Positions 1 through 7,035 are shown, numbered from the stretch's first letter. The stretch: 37,000 nucleotides of DNA from a virus (IMGVR_UViG_3300016469_000261:1-37000), one strand, 5' to 3'. Notes: a model not told the origin generated them from the letters alone. Program-made: numbers and translations.

Positions 1-251
1 TCTGGATTACGCAAAGGATCAGATTTTTTTGAGCCTACAAAACAACAATTTGATGATGTATCGGCAAATATATCTAAAGCGATATCCGATGTTGACGAAT
101 TAAACCTAGCGTCAGTTGATGGCAAGTCTGTAGCTAGGAAAATAATGGGATTGCGTATCAATCAGATAGACGATCCAAACCTAAAGGGTATTCAAAATTT
201 ACTTGCTGAGTCTGCTGAAGCCTTTAACAAAAAGGGTTTTATAACTCTTGG
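1..251. repeat. Terminal direct repeat, copy 1 (circular-assembly overlap)
   Basis: tctggattacgcaaagg...ataactcttgg is identical to 36750-37000. Confidence 0.97.
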
Positions 252-858
252 GGAAGCTCAAGAGTTGAAAAATAAAGTTTACAAGTACAGTCTAAAAAAT
301 CCAGCAACAACGTCTCTAGGCCAGGATGCTACAAACAAGATTAATCAGATACTTGCCGAAGAAATCAGAGGATCAGTTGAGTCAGGATCTCAATTGGTTG
401 GCGCTGGCTTAGAAGATGTTGCAAAAAATTTATCAAAATTCAAACAGCATCAAGAGGCTATTACTGGCCTTGATGATGCCTTAAAAGCAGCGAGCAAAAA
501 GGACACACAAGAAATAGCAAACCGCAGTATATCGCCTACTGATTACATCACTGGCTTAACTGTTGGTGGTGCTGGTCTTGCTGGTGGTATTGCGGCACAA
601 AACCCTGGCCTTGCTTTTACGTTGGCAGCGTTGGGTATACCAGCAGCGATGACACATAAATTTTTTAGAGAACGTAGCAGCACTATGGCATCAAGTGCAT
701 TGCGTCATATTGCAAATGCTATGGACGATAAAGGATGGTCAGCAAAATACATGCCTATATTGAGGGCTGCTGCTAGTCGTGGTCCTTCGTCGCTGATAAT
801 ATTGCACAATAAACTATCCTCAGACCCTGAATATATCAACGTGGGAGGTAACCCTTGA
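1..858 (+). CDS. 3' part of the junction-spanning putative ejection/internal virion protein (starts at 36039; about 522 aa in total)
   Basis: The 145..858 ORF is in frame with ATG 36039 after circularisation (36894-36039=855). Ala/Gly-rich helical protein with a hydrophobic GGAGLAGGIAA segment; last of four large genes after the portal. Confidence 0.75.
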   Translation, partial: SGLRKGSDFFEPTKQQFDDVSANISKAISDVDELNLASVDGKSVARKIMGLRINQIDDPNLKGIQNLLAESAEAFNKKGFITLGEAQELKNKVYKYSLKNPATTSLGQDATNKINQILAEEIRGSVESGSQLVGAGLEDVAKNLSKFKQHQEAITGLDDALKAASKKDTQEIANRSISPTDYITGLTVGGAGLAGGIAAQNPGLAFTLAALGIPAAMTHKFFRERSSTMASSALRHIANAMDDKGWSAKYMPILRAAASRGPSSLIILHNKLSSDPEYINVGGNP

Positions 859-1199
859 AACAAGTATCACTTTATGCCGGTAACGCCGGAGCTAACTTTG
901 TATCAGTACCATTCGACTTAGGTGATCTGGATATTTTTGCGTGTCAGGTCACCTTTTCAGGTGGTGGCGGAAACTTAGCTGGTACGCTCACGCTAGAGTG
1001 CTGTTCTGATACGTCATCAACTGGCGAATACACTACGGTTTTAAACAGCTCGCAAAACGTAACGAGCAGCACGCAGCATACATGGAACGTGCAAGGCGCT
1101 GGCTATCGTTATGTGCGAGTTCGTTGGGTTTATAGTAGCGGCACAGGTGACGCCAATGTGAAACTCACGGCCAAAGAGATGGTTGTGAAAGGAGCCTAA
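855..1199 (+). CDS. Small beta-rich putative virion/decoration protein (114 aa)
   Basis: TTG start overlapping the upstream stop, ggagg RBS; beta-strand pattern ending YRYVRVRW; resembles 10293..10676. Confidence 0.6.
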   Translation: MKQVSLYAGNAGANFVSVPFDLGDLDIFACQVTFSGGGGNLAGTLTLECCSDTSSTGEYTTVLNSSQNVTSSTQHTWNVQGAGYRYVRVRWVYSSGTGDANVKLTAKEMVVKGA

Positions 1200-1201
1200 C
1201 T

Positions 1202-1723
1202 ATGGCTGGCACTTATATAGAGCTTGGTTTTGGTTCTGGCGGATCAAGCGGTATTCAGCCATGGCAGTCGAGCGTAGCGACAGCAGCGGCACTTCCTGCT
1301 TTGGGTGAAGTGGCAGGTCAGCTTATTTATGTGCGTGATACCGAGAGCATTTACGCTTGGGATGCCGTTAATAGCGAGTGGGACTTAATCTTAAACGGTT
1401 TGGCTGATGTTTCTGGTCCTGCAAGTGCTGCTAATAACGAAGTTGCTGTTTTTGATGGAACCACCGGGAAGTTAATCAAAACAAGTCCGGTGACGATAGA
1501 CAACACTGGAGCGATTGGTAACGTCTCAGATTTGACTGCCTCTGGTGAAGTATCTGGGGACTCTGTTGCAGCCTCCAGCTTTGTACAATTCCCAGTTCTG
1601 ACCACTGTGCAGAGGGATGCCTTGACGGCATCTAATGGGATGGTGGTCTATAACAGCACTGTTGGTTTATTCCAGGGTTATGCTGCTGGTGCTTGGGTTA
1701 ATCTGCATGGTTGGGGTGCTTAA
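1202..1723 (+). CDS. Fibre-like virion protein (173 aa)
   Basis: GPASAANNEVAVFDGTTGKLIK and LTTVQRDAL..GMVVYN..GAW segments typical of phage fibre proteins. Confidence 0.6.
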   Translation: MAGTYIELGFGSGGSSGIQPWQSSVATAAALPALGEVAGQLIYVRDTESIYAWDAVNSEWDLILNGLADVSGPASAANNEVAVFDGTTGKLIKTSPVTIDNTGAIGNVSDLTASGEVSGDSVAASSFVQFPVLTTVQRDALTASNGMVVYNSTVGLFQGYAAGAWVNLHGWGA

Positions 1724-2100
1724 TGGGCACTATGAGTAATGTCGATCACCGCTCGTCACAGGCTAGTGCCTTTAGTGGCGCTGTCGGCGAGCAGATAGAT
1801 TTGAGGCCAGTGATTGTAGCGATCAGGGAATTGAGTGGCGCTATTGCTGGTAAAGAGGCAGAAGACAGGACCATAGTGGTCCCAGCACCAACTGTGACCA
1901 TGCCTGAGATTTTGAACCAGCCACAAATAAAGGTCGAAGTCCAGCCAACGCCGGTCCCAGTAGAAATAAAGCTCCCTACTCAGGAAGCTTTGCCACCACC
2001 AGTGGTGAACGTGGCCTTTCCCGTCATGCCAATAATTTTTATTGGGATTTGTAATATCATAACAACTGCTGCGATCTTAGTCTATCTGGCGCTGAAATGA
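1723..2100 (+). CDS. Pro/Val-rich protein with C-terminal membrane anchor
   Basis: ATG 1723 overlaps the upstream TAA; P-x-V-x-V repeats; hydrophobic C-terminus IIFIGICNIITTAAILVYLAL. Confidence 0.6.
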   Translation: MGTMSNVDHRSSQASAFSGAVGEQIDLRPVIVAIRELSGAIAGKEAEDRTIVVPAPTVTMPEILNQPQIKVEVQPTPVPVEIKLPTQEALPPPVVNVAFPVMPIIFIGICNIITTAAILVYLALK

Positions 2101-2351
2101 TCGACGAAGTTCTAACACAGGTGGTTACCATGGCGATTGGGGGGATTGCCACCGGCACTGCTTGGATTGTTAGAGCTGTGTTGAAGTGCCAGAGGGACAT
2201 AGACGCAGCACACATCAAGCTTAGGAGGATTCATGGGAGCGGATTTTTGGATCAAACTAGCTCTGGGGTTAGCTCTGAAGGTCTTAAACGAGACGTTCAT
2301 CTCGAAGGTGGCTATACATGCTCTAAGTGCCTGGGCAAAAACGACGGATAA
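2097..2351 (+). CDS. Small membrane protein, holin-like
   Basis: ATGA coupling; N-terminal hydrophobic helix followed by a charged segment; upstream of the endolysin. Confidence 0.45.
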   Translation: MIDEVLTQVVTMAIGGIATGTAWIVRAVLKCQRDIDAAHIKLRRIHGSGFLDQTSSGVSSEGLKRDVHLEGGYTCSKCLGKNDG

Positions 2352-2442
2352 CCAGCTAGATGATAAAGTTGTTTTGGCGATGGCTGAAGCCTTGGGAGTG
2401 GAAGCGGATGACCTTAAAAAGCTCCCCAGCAAAAGCTCCTAA
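2233..2442 (+). CDS. Small lysis-region membrane-associated protein (holin candidate, 69 aa)
   Basis: Strong aggagg RBS; hydrophobic N-terminus; AKTTDNQLDDKVV motif; overlaps the endolysin start. Confidence 0.55.
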   Translation: MGADFWIKLALGLALKVLNETFISKVAIHALSAWAKTTDNQLDDKVVLAMAEALGVEADDLKKLPSKSS

Positions 2443-2899
2443 AGATCTCAGCGAGATCAACGAGCGCTATGGTCCTTTGCAATTTAGCTCTGACCTTGGG
2501 CTACACTGGCCAAAGGCACCTGACTATATTCGTCCTTGGTCGGTTCCTAATGTAGTGAAAATTACCTATGCGGGAAAACCTGTATATCGGATTTTCTGCA
2601 ACAAAGACGTACATGAGCCTTTGACGGCTGTGTTTGACGAGTTAATTGCCAAGGGACTGCATACCCAGTTAAAGACCTTTGATGGGTGTTTTAACGTGCG
2701 CTGGGTTAGAGGGGTTCCTGGTGTAGCCTCGATCCATTCCTGGGGACTGGCTTTTGATTTTAACGCTCAGGAGAACGGTCTGGGTATGACACCAAAGTGG
2801 ACGCCAGACTTTGTTGCTGTATGGAAGGACAAAGGGTTTACTTGGGGTGGTGACTTCAAGCGAATTGACGGTATGCACTTTCAATGGTGTACAATATAA
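2408..2899 (+). CDS. M15-family zinc peptidase endolysin
   Basis: R..SIHSWGLAFD (SxHxxGxAxD), GFTWGG and DGMHFQ motifs; ATG 2408 with a ggag RBS is preferred over 2360. Confidence 0.88.
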   Translation: MTLKSSPAKAPKDLSEINERYGPLQFSSDLGLHWPKAPDYIRPWSVPNVVKITYAGKPVYRIFCNKDVHEPLTAVFDELIAKGLHTQLKTFDGCFNVRWVRGVPGVASIHSWGLAFDFNAQENGLGMTPKWTPDFVAVWKDKGFTWGGDFKRIDGMHFQWCTI

Positions 2900-2914
2900 C
2901 CACCAGCCATTAGA

Positions 2915-3205
2915 TTGCGCGATCGAAGCAACAGGCATCCCGAGATGTCTGTTGTTTTTTTTAGAGGTAAAGCGTTGAAACAGCTAATCAAAGCATATTG
3001 GCTAGATCCAAGTAGACTTAAAATGCACGAGGAAACAGCTAAGTCGATACCAGATCCTTGGACGCAAGATCTATCAGACTGGCACGAGGAAATGACTGGG
3101 ATACCGATTTATGAGAACGAAACCTGGGATATGGGTAAAAATACCTATGTCAGAACTAGAAAGGTTGATCTCGTTTGGAAGGCAGTAGACGGCGCTCGCC
3201 AGTGA
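2915..3205 (+). CDS. Hypothetical protein (true start may be ATG 2945)
   Basis: ORF only; ends tail-to-tail with the minus-strand ORF at 3206. Confidence 0.45.
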   Translation: MRDRSNRHPEMSVVFFRGKALKQLIKAYWLDPSRLKMHEETAKSIPDPWTQDLSDWHEEMTGIPIYENETWDMGKNTYVRTRKVDLVWKAVDGARQ

Positions 3206-3367
3206 TTAATCCCTGGAGTCCAGGTATTCGTCTAAACGGTACTCTTCCATTAAGGCATCATGCTGTTTTTTGCTCCAGTCGATAACTCCTGAGCCGTTAC
3301 AATCTGGGCAGCGAGTTCCGCTAAAATACCCTTCTCCTGATCCTGAGCAAGTCGAGCAGTTTTGCAT
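3206..3367 (-). CDS. 53-aa DnaJ-type zinc-finger mini-protein (not in the ORF track)
   Basis: MQNCSTCSGSGEGYFSGTRCPDCNGSGVIDWSKKQHDALMEEYRLDEYLDSRD; two CxxCxGxG motifs; RBS gaggag 6 nt upstream of the ATG. Confidence 0.8.
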   Translation of the reverse strand: MQNCSTCSGSGEGYFSGTRCPDCNGSGVIDWSKKQHDALMEEYRLDEYLDSRD

Positions 3368-3404
3368 GATTTTCTCCTCAATCGGCGTAATTGCCTTACA
3401 AAGT

Positions 3405-3520
3405 CATATTTAGTAAAATTTAATTATATTGTCAACACTCACTTAGCAAAATTGTAATTTGCTGTTTCAAATATGGTTTTCATTTTGCACTTGACACAAC
3501 TAAGCACAAAAATTAGATCA
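3405..3520. promoter_or_regulatory. AT-rich divergent control region with two TTGACA hexamers and repeated TTAGYAAAATT boxes
   Basis: TTGACA on - at 3435-3430 and on + at 3491-3496 (the -10 matches are imperfect); ttagtaaaatt 3410-3420 and ttagcaaaatt 3443-3453; inverted repeat agcaaa-N7-tttgct. Confidence 0.5.
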
Positions 3521-3650
3521 ACGCGATTCGCCTACGGCGTTGAAAGACTGCCGCGCTTCGCTTGGCTCCGGCGGCAACGCGAATAAACAACAAGCAAACA
3601 ACAACAAACGGGCGCTACTGCCGTCCGGTCTAACGAAGCTTCGCTTCTTT
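3518..3650. other. Branched GC-rich structured element with three bottom-strand GNA-triloop mini-hairpins and a CA-rich tract (putative ssDNA origin/priming signal or sRNA)
   Basis: cgcc-tac-ggcg 3529-3539, gc-ttc-gc 3555-3561, gaagc-ttc-gcttc 3635-3647; stems tgccgc/gcggca and attcgc/gcgaat; aaacaacaagcaaacaacaacaaac spacer. Confidence 0.55.
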
Positions 3651-3730
3651 GGAATTAAATGCAGGTAATACTAAATCAGGAATATCTCCTGTGGCCTTTG
3701 GATCATATACATTAGTAAAGGGGTTCTATT

Positions 3731-4066
3731 GTGCAGACAGAATTTCGTCCTAAAAGGCTCACAGCAAACGAGGCTCTAGGCTACCTAGAAACCAAGGATA
3801 GGCCTGATCGGTATCTGCCAATAGTGTCATTCTGTAGTGGTTGCAGTGACCACACCACACATACAGCCACCCGTGACGACGGGTTCATCATATGGACCTG
3901 CAAGGTATGTAATACCGACAAAGCTGGCATGACAGCCATGCCGAGGCATTCTGCTCCTAAACCCAAGAGCAGCTACAAGCCAATGCTAACCAAAGAACAG
4001 ATGAGAGAAGAGATTAATGCCGCTATGGCTAGACAAAAAATTAGCCACCTGAAAACAGGCAGCTAA
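3731..4066 (+). CDS. Zinc-ribbon protein (111 aa)
   Basis: CSGC...H...CKVC; basic C-terminal helix. Confidence 0.6.
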   Translation: MQTEFRPKRLTANEALGYLETKDRPDRYLPIVSFCSGCSDHTTHTATRDDGFIIWTCKVCNTDKAGMTAMPRHSAPKPKSSYKPMLTKEQMREEINAAMARQKISHLKTGS

Positions 4067-4073
4067 CCACGAA

Positions 4074-4100
4074 CCTCACTAACTTTGAGGCTGTCAGCCT
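4074..4100. terminator. Possible bidirectional hairpin between convergent genes
   Basis: cctca-N7-tgagg overlapping aggctg-t-cagcct; no clear U tract. Confidence 0.25.
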
Positions 4101-4521
4101 AACCTACATCACAGCACACATCAACTATGATTGAGCCAGGAGCATTAGCTAAACTGTAATCCTTGGTCAGAACTAGCTTGCAGATCTGAGAATCGTCCTC
4201 CCAGAGAATCCCGTTGGCAGCGTCCAAGACGGCTTTAGCTAGGTTATCCAGATCAGGCTTAACAACTGGGTATTTTCTCTTCTTGGCGGAAACCGATTTA
4301 GGACGGCTTATAACAAAACTGATGCACGCTGACAGAGGGCCAGCCATTGGTGGCTTGCCTTTTCTCTCTGCCTTTAAATGCTGTTTTATGGCCTTCTCAA
4401 AGGCAGCGGTTTTAGCTGGCGTATAAGTCCTGCCATTCCGGCCAAGCCTTGGGCGAGCTTTAGCCACCGGTTCCAGGGGCAGATACACGAGAAATTTATC
4501 AAGCGGTTTGTCGTTAGACAT
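4099..4521 (-). CDS. rusA: RusA-family Holliday junction resolvase
   Basis: P.AKARPR N-terminus and KPDLDNLAKAVLDA.NGI.W.DDSQI catalytic signature. Confidence 0.93.
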   Translation of the reverse strand: MSNDKPLDKFLVYLPLEPVAKARPRLGRNGRTYTPAKTAAFEKAIKQHLKAERKGKPPMAGPLSACISFVISRPKSVSAKKRKYPVVKPDLDNLAKAVLDAANGILWEDDSQICKLVLTKDYSLANAPGSIIVDVCCDVG

Positions 4522-4549
4522 TGACAGCCTCTAGCTATGGGTATAAACA
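4521..4549 (+). promoter_or_regulatory. Putative sigma70 promoter for the recombination/early operon
   Basis: TTGACA 4521-4526 followed by TATAAA (15-bp spacer) or TAAACA (17-bp spacer). Confidence 0.5.
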
Positions 4550-4590
4550 GAATACCACGTTTACTTTGATTTAACTAAAAAGAGGGTAGC

Positions 4591-5103
4591 ATGATTCTTA
4601 TCGAGGAAGACAGCACTTTGCTGGAGCTGGTCGAAAAGCTCGTTGCTGTCGATGGCGGCGCTGAGATCAGTAAAGAAGATCACGCCAAGCTTGGGGAGCT
4701 TCTCCACACCAAAGTGGATAGGGTGGTTTACTTCATAAAGGAGATAGAATCGCGGATCGAGCGGCATAAAAGCTATGAATCGGACCACAAGGAAGCTAGA
4801 CGAAGCCTCGAAAAATCTCTTGACAAATTCAAAGACTATATCACCCACACCATGAAGGTTGGCTCTTTTCAAAAACTAACAGGCGATGAGTTTCATATCG
4901 GCAGCAGAAAATCTGAAGAGATCGTTATAGAGCGAGATCCAACGCCTACTGATGCCGAGATGTTCCCAGAACTGGTTAGATCCAAAACAACCTACGATTG
5001 GAACAAGTCAGTTCTCAAAGATTGGCTAAAAAACGGCAACCTAATCGACGGTATCGCGCATGTGCGTGTGAACCAAAATTTAACAACAGGGGTGAAAAAA
5101 TGA
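4591..5103 (+). CDS. Siphovirus Gp157-like protein
   Basis: Coiled-coil K(V)D....IKE.E; F.IG.RKSE; ..PE.VR.K...NK..LK..LK.G..I.G pattern; directly upstream of erf. Confidence 0.8.
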   Translation: MILIEEDSTLLELVEKLVAVDGGAEISKEDHAKLGELLHTKVDRVVYFIKEIESRIERHKSYESDHKEARRSLEKSLDKFKDYITHTMKVGSFQKLTGDEFHIGSRKSEEIVIERDPTPTDAEMFPELVRSKTTYDWNKSVLKDWLKNGNLIDGIAHVRVNQNLTTGVKK

Positions 5104-5807
5104 TTGAGATGTCTTCAGATGTAACAGAACTATTCGCTGCTTTGGCGGAAGTCCAGAGAACAATTACTGATGCAAAAATGGATAGCGTGAATCCTCATTT
5201 TCGCAGCAAATACGCCTCGCTCGCTAGTGTCTATGAAGCTTGTCGCAAGCTTTGCGCCGAAAACAACATAAGCATAACCCAACTAGCAACTACCGTTGAT
5301 GGCAATCCAGCAGTCTGGACTATGCTAGGTCACGCAAGCGGCCAGTGGATTAGATCTCTCCTGATAGTACCAGCAGACAAGCAGACACCGCAGGGCATGG
5401 GTTCAGCGTTGACTTACGGAAGACGCTACGCTTTGAGCGCAATCGTAGGCATTGCTGCTGATGAGGATGACGACGGCAACGCCTCTGAGTCACAATCGCA
5501 GCAACAGCCGAAACAACAACAACAAAGACCACAACCACCCAGCGCTGCACCACAAGCACCATTTACTGGCGATGCTTCTAGCTATGTTTTTCCAGCAGGA
5601 AAATTCAAAGGCAGACGAATGGCCAGCATCAGTAGCGGCGAGCTGATCCAATGGATTGAATACTTTGAAGGAAGTGGCCAGGAACCAAAAGGCTGGCTAG
5701 TTGATGCGTTAAAGCTTGCCAAGCAATTTGTAGGCAAGGTGATTGAGGCAGAGGGACTAGAAGCAGGTAACCCAGTACAGAGTCAGCTAGATGATATCCC
5801 TTTTTAA
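5100..5807 (+). CDS. erf: ERF-family single-strand annealing protein with Q/P linker, small C-terminal domain and SSB-like DDIPF tail
   Basis: NPHFRSKYASL, H.SGQWI, QGMGSALTYGRRYAL.AIVGI..D.DDDGN; ATG 5100 overlaps the Gp157 stop. Confidence 0.92.
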   Translation: MIEMSSDVTELFAALAEVQRTITDAKMDSVNPHFRSKYASLASVYEACRKLCAENNISITQLATTVDGNPAVWTMLGHASGQWIRSLLIVPADKQTPQGMGSALTYGRRYALSAIVGIAADEDDDGNASESQSQQQPKQQQQRPQPPSAAPQAPFTGDASSYVFPAGKFKGRRMASISSGELIQWIEYFEGSGQEPKGWLVDALKLAKQFVGKVIEAEGLEAGNPVQSQLDDIPF

Positions 5808-5910
5808 ATTTTGGCTGTGGAAGTTAAAGGCGAAGCTTAGTGGCAAAAAGCTATCGCCGTTTATCGACAACAAAAAACTTATAAAGGCGCTTAAAGATGT
5901 TCAAGGCTGA
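5791..5910 (+). CDS. Possible 39-aa basic peptide
   Basis: MISLFKFWLWKLKAKLSGKKLSPFIDNKKLIKALKDVQG fills the gap between erf and 5897; no homology evidence. Confidence 0.3.
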   Translation: MISLFKFWLWKLKAKLSGKKLSPFIDNKKLIKALKDVQG

Positions 5911-6124
5911 TTATAACCATCTGTGCTGGCGGTGTGAGCTACGGTGGTGGAGCGACTGGGGAGCAAAAAAACTTAGAACTAACGAGGTTGAAATATGTCT
6001 TTGCGACAAATGCCAAACGAAACTGAAAAAAGAGAGGACGCTCGGGGACAAGAGAACGCTCAAAAAAAGACTGTCACTGGACGCGCAGTTAAGAACATCA
6101 TCACCAACGCACTACTGGCCATAG
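5897..6124 (+). CDS. Small zinc-finger protein
   Basis: CWRC...LCDKC. Confidence 0.5.
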   Translation: MFKADYNHLCWRCELRWWSDWGAKKLRTNEVEICLCDKCQTKLKKERTLGDKRTLKKRLSLDAQLRTSSPTHYWP

Positions 6125-6192
6125 TCGCTGTGCTAGTAATTCCAATCATAGCGTACAGTCTAAAGAAACAAGCAAGGGGAGGTCATGGGTAA
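5995..6192 (+). CDS. Small membrane protein
   Basis: gagg RBS; one hydrophobic helix ALLAIVAVLVIPIIAY; overlaps 5897..6124, so the start is uncertain. Confidence 0.4.
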   Translation: MSLRQMPNETEKREDARGQENAQKKTVTGRAVKNIITNALLAIVAVLVIPIIAYSLKKQARGGHG

Positions 6193-6340
6193 TTTTTTCT
6201 ACACGATTTTTCAGATCATGCTATTTGCATTCGCAGTTGTCGCTGCGTTTTGGATCTTAGTCATACTAGCTAACATAGCGGTGTTTATATTCGATCTAGC
6301 AAAAATGTTGGTGGAACATGCAACAAACAGAAACAAGTAA
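6185..6340 (+). CDS. 51-aa membrane peptide (not in the ORF track)
   Basis: gggagg RBS; MGNFFYTIFQIMLFAFAVVAAFWILVILANIAVFIFDLAKMLVEHATNRNK. Confidence 0.6.
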   Translation: MGNFFYTIFQIMLFAFAVVAAFWILVILANIAVFIFDLAKMLVEHATNRNK

Positions 6341-6491
6341 ACCAGTCGAATCGTCTGAAATTTTCACAGGGAAAATCAGAGAATCGGTGCGCCTAATCGC
6401 AATCGAGCATTTGCACGAAGCGCTGAGGGCCGGATTGAACCATGAAGCGATGCGGCACGTTATAGCTGCGATAAGGGTTTTAGAGCGATGA
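6318..6491 (+). CDS. 57-aa hypothetical protein (not in the ORF track)
   Basis: MQQTETSK...AAIRVLER; its stop overlaps the next start (ATGA at 6488-6491). Confidence 0.5.
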   Translation: MQQTETSKPVESSEIFTGKIRESVRLIAIEHLHEALRAGLNHEAMRHVIAAIRVLER

Positions 6492-6676
6492 AAAAACGCA
6501 AACCAAGAAAACCTAGAGATTGGCACGATATGGCTTGGGTGTTAAAAGACGTTGACGGTTACGGGATATATTTGTCTAGAACGCTATGTACCTTAGATTT
6601 CTCTTCGGCAAACAGTCTCGGTAAGTGGTTATTAAAAGCAGCGAAGTGGGCTAAGGCGCAGGAGGCAGAGAAATGA
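6488..6676 (+). CDS. Hypothetical protein
   Basis: ATGA coupling at both ends. Confidence 0.55.
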   Translation: MKKRKPRKPRDWHDMAWVLKDVDGYGIYLSRTLCTLDFSSANSLGKWLLKAAKWAKAQEAEK

Positions 6677-7035
6677 CTATACTTGACGAACTAGAGCGAC
6701 TTAGTAAAGAGGCGAGCCGTGGCGGCTGGTCATGCAAAGAGATGGCTTATAATCTGTTTCTTGTAAAAAATGGCGAAGGGACTATCTGCGACGTAGCTAC
6801 ATGGTCTTATGGAGAGCAGGTTGCTAGGTATACACGAGCACACGCTGAACTGATTGTACTTATGCGTAACAATATCGACGCTCTGATTGAGGTTGCTAGG
6901 GCGGCGCAGTCGATAGTGAATGCACACTATATCGACGCTACTTGTAAAGACTGTACCGGCGAAACAAACCACGTTGAGCAACTATTAGAAAGTCTCGAAA
7001 GGTTGGATAAACTGGAGCAAGTTAGTAATGGCTGA
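6673..7035 (+). CDS. Ead/Ea22-like early protein
   Basis: LDELERL.K.A..G.W ... A.LI....N....L pattern; ggagg RBS. Confidence 0.55.
   Translation: MTILDELERLSKEASRGGWSCKEMAYNLFLVKNGEGTICDVATWSYGEQVARYTRAHAELIVLMRNNIDALIEVARAAQSIVNAHYIDATCKDCTGETNHVEQLLESLERLDKLEQVSNG

Noticed and set aside
4998-5099. N-terminal extension of ERF given in the track
   Set aside because: Overlaps the Gp157-like gene; ATG 5100 with ATGA coupling matches the ERF domain start
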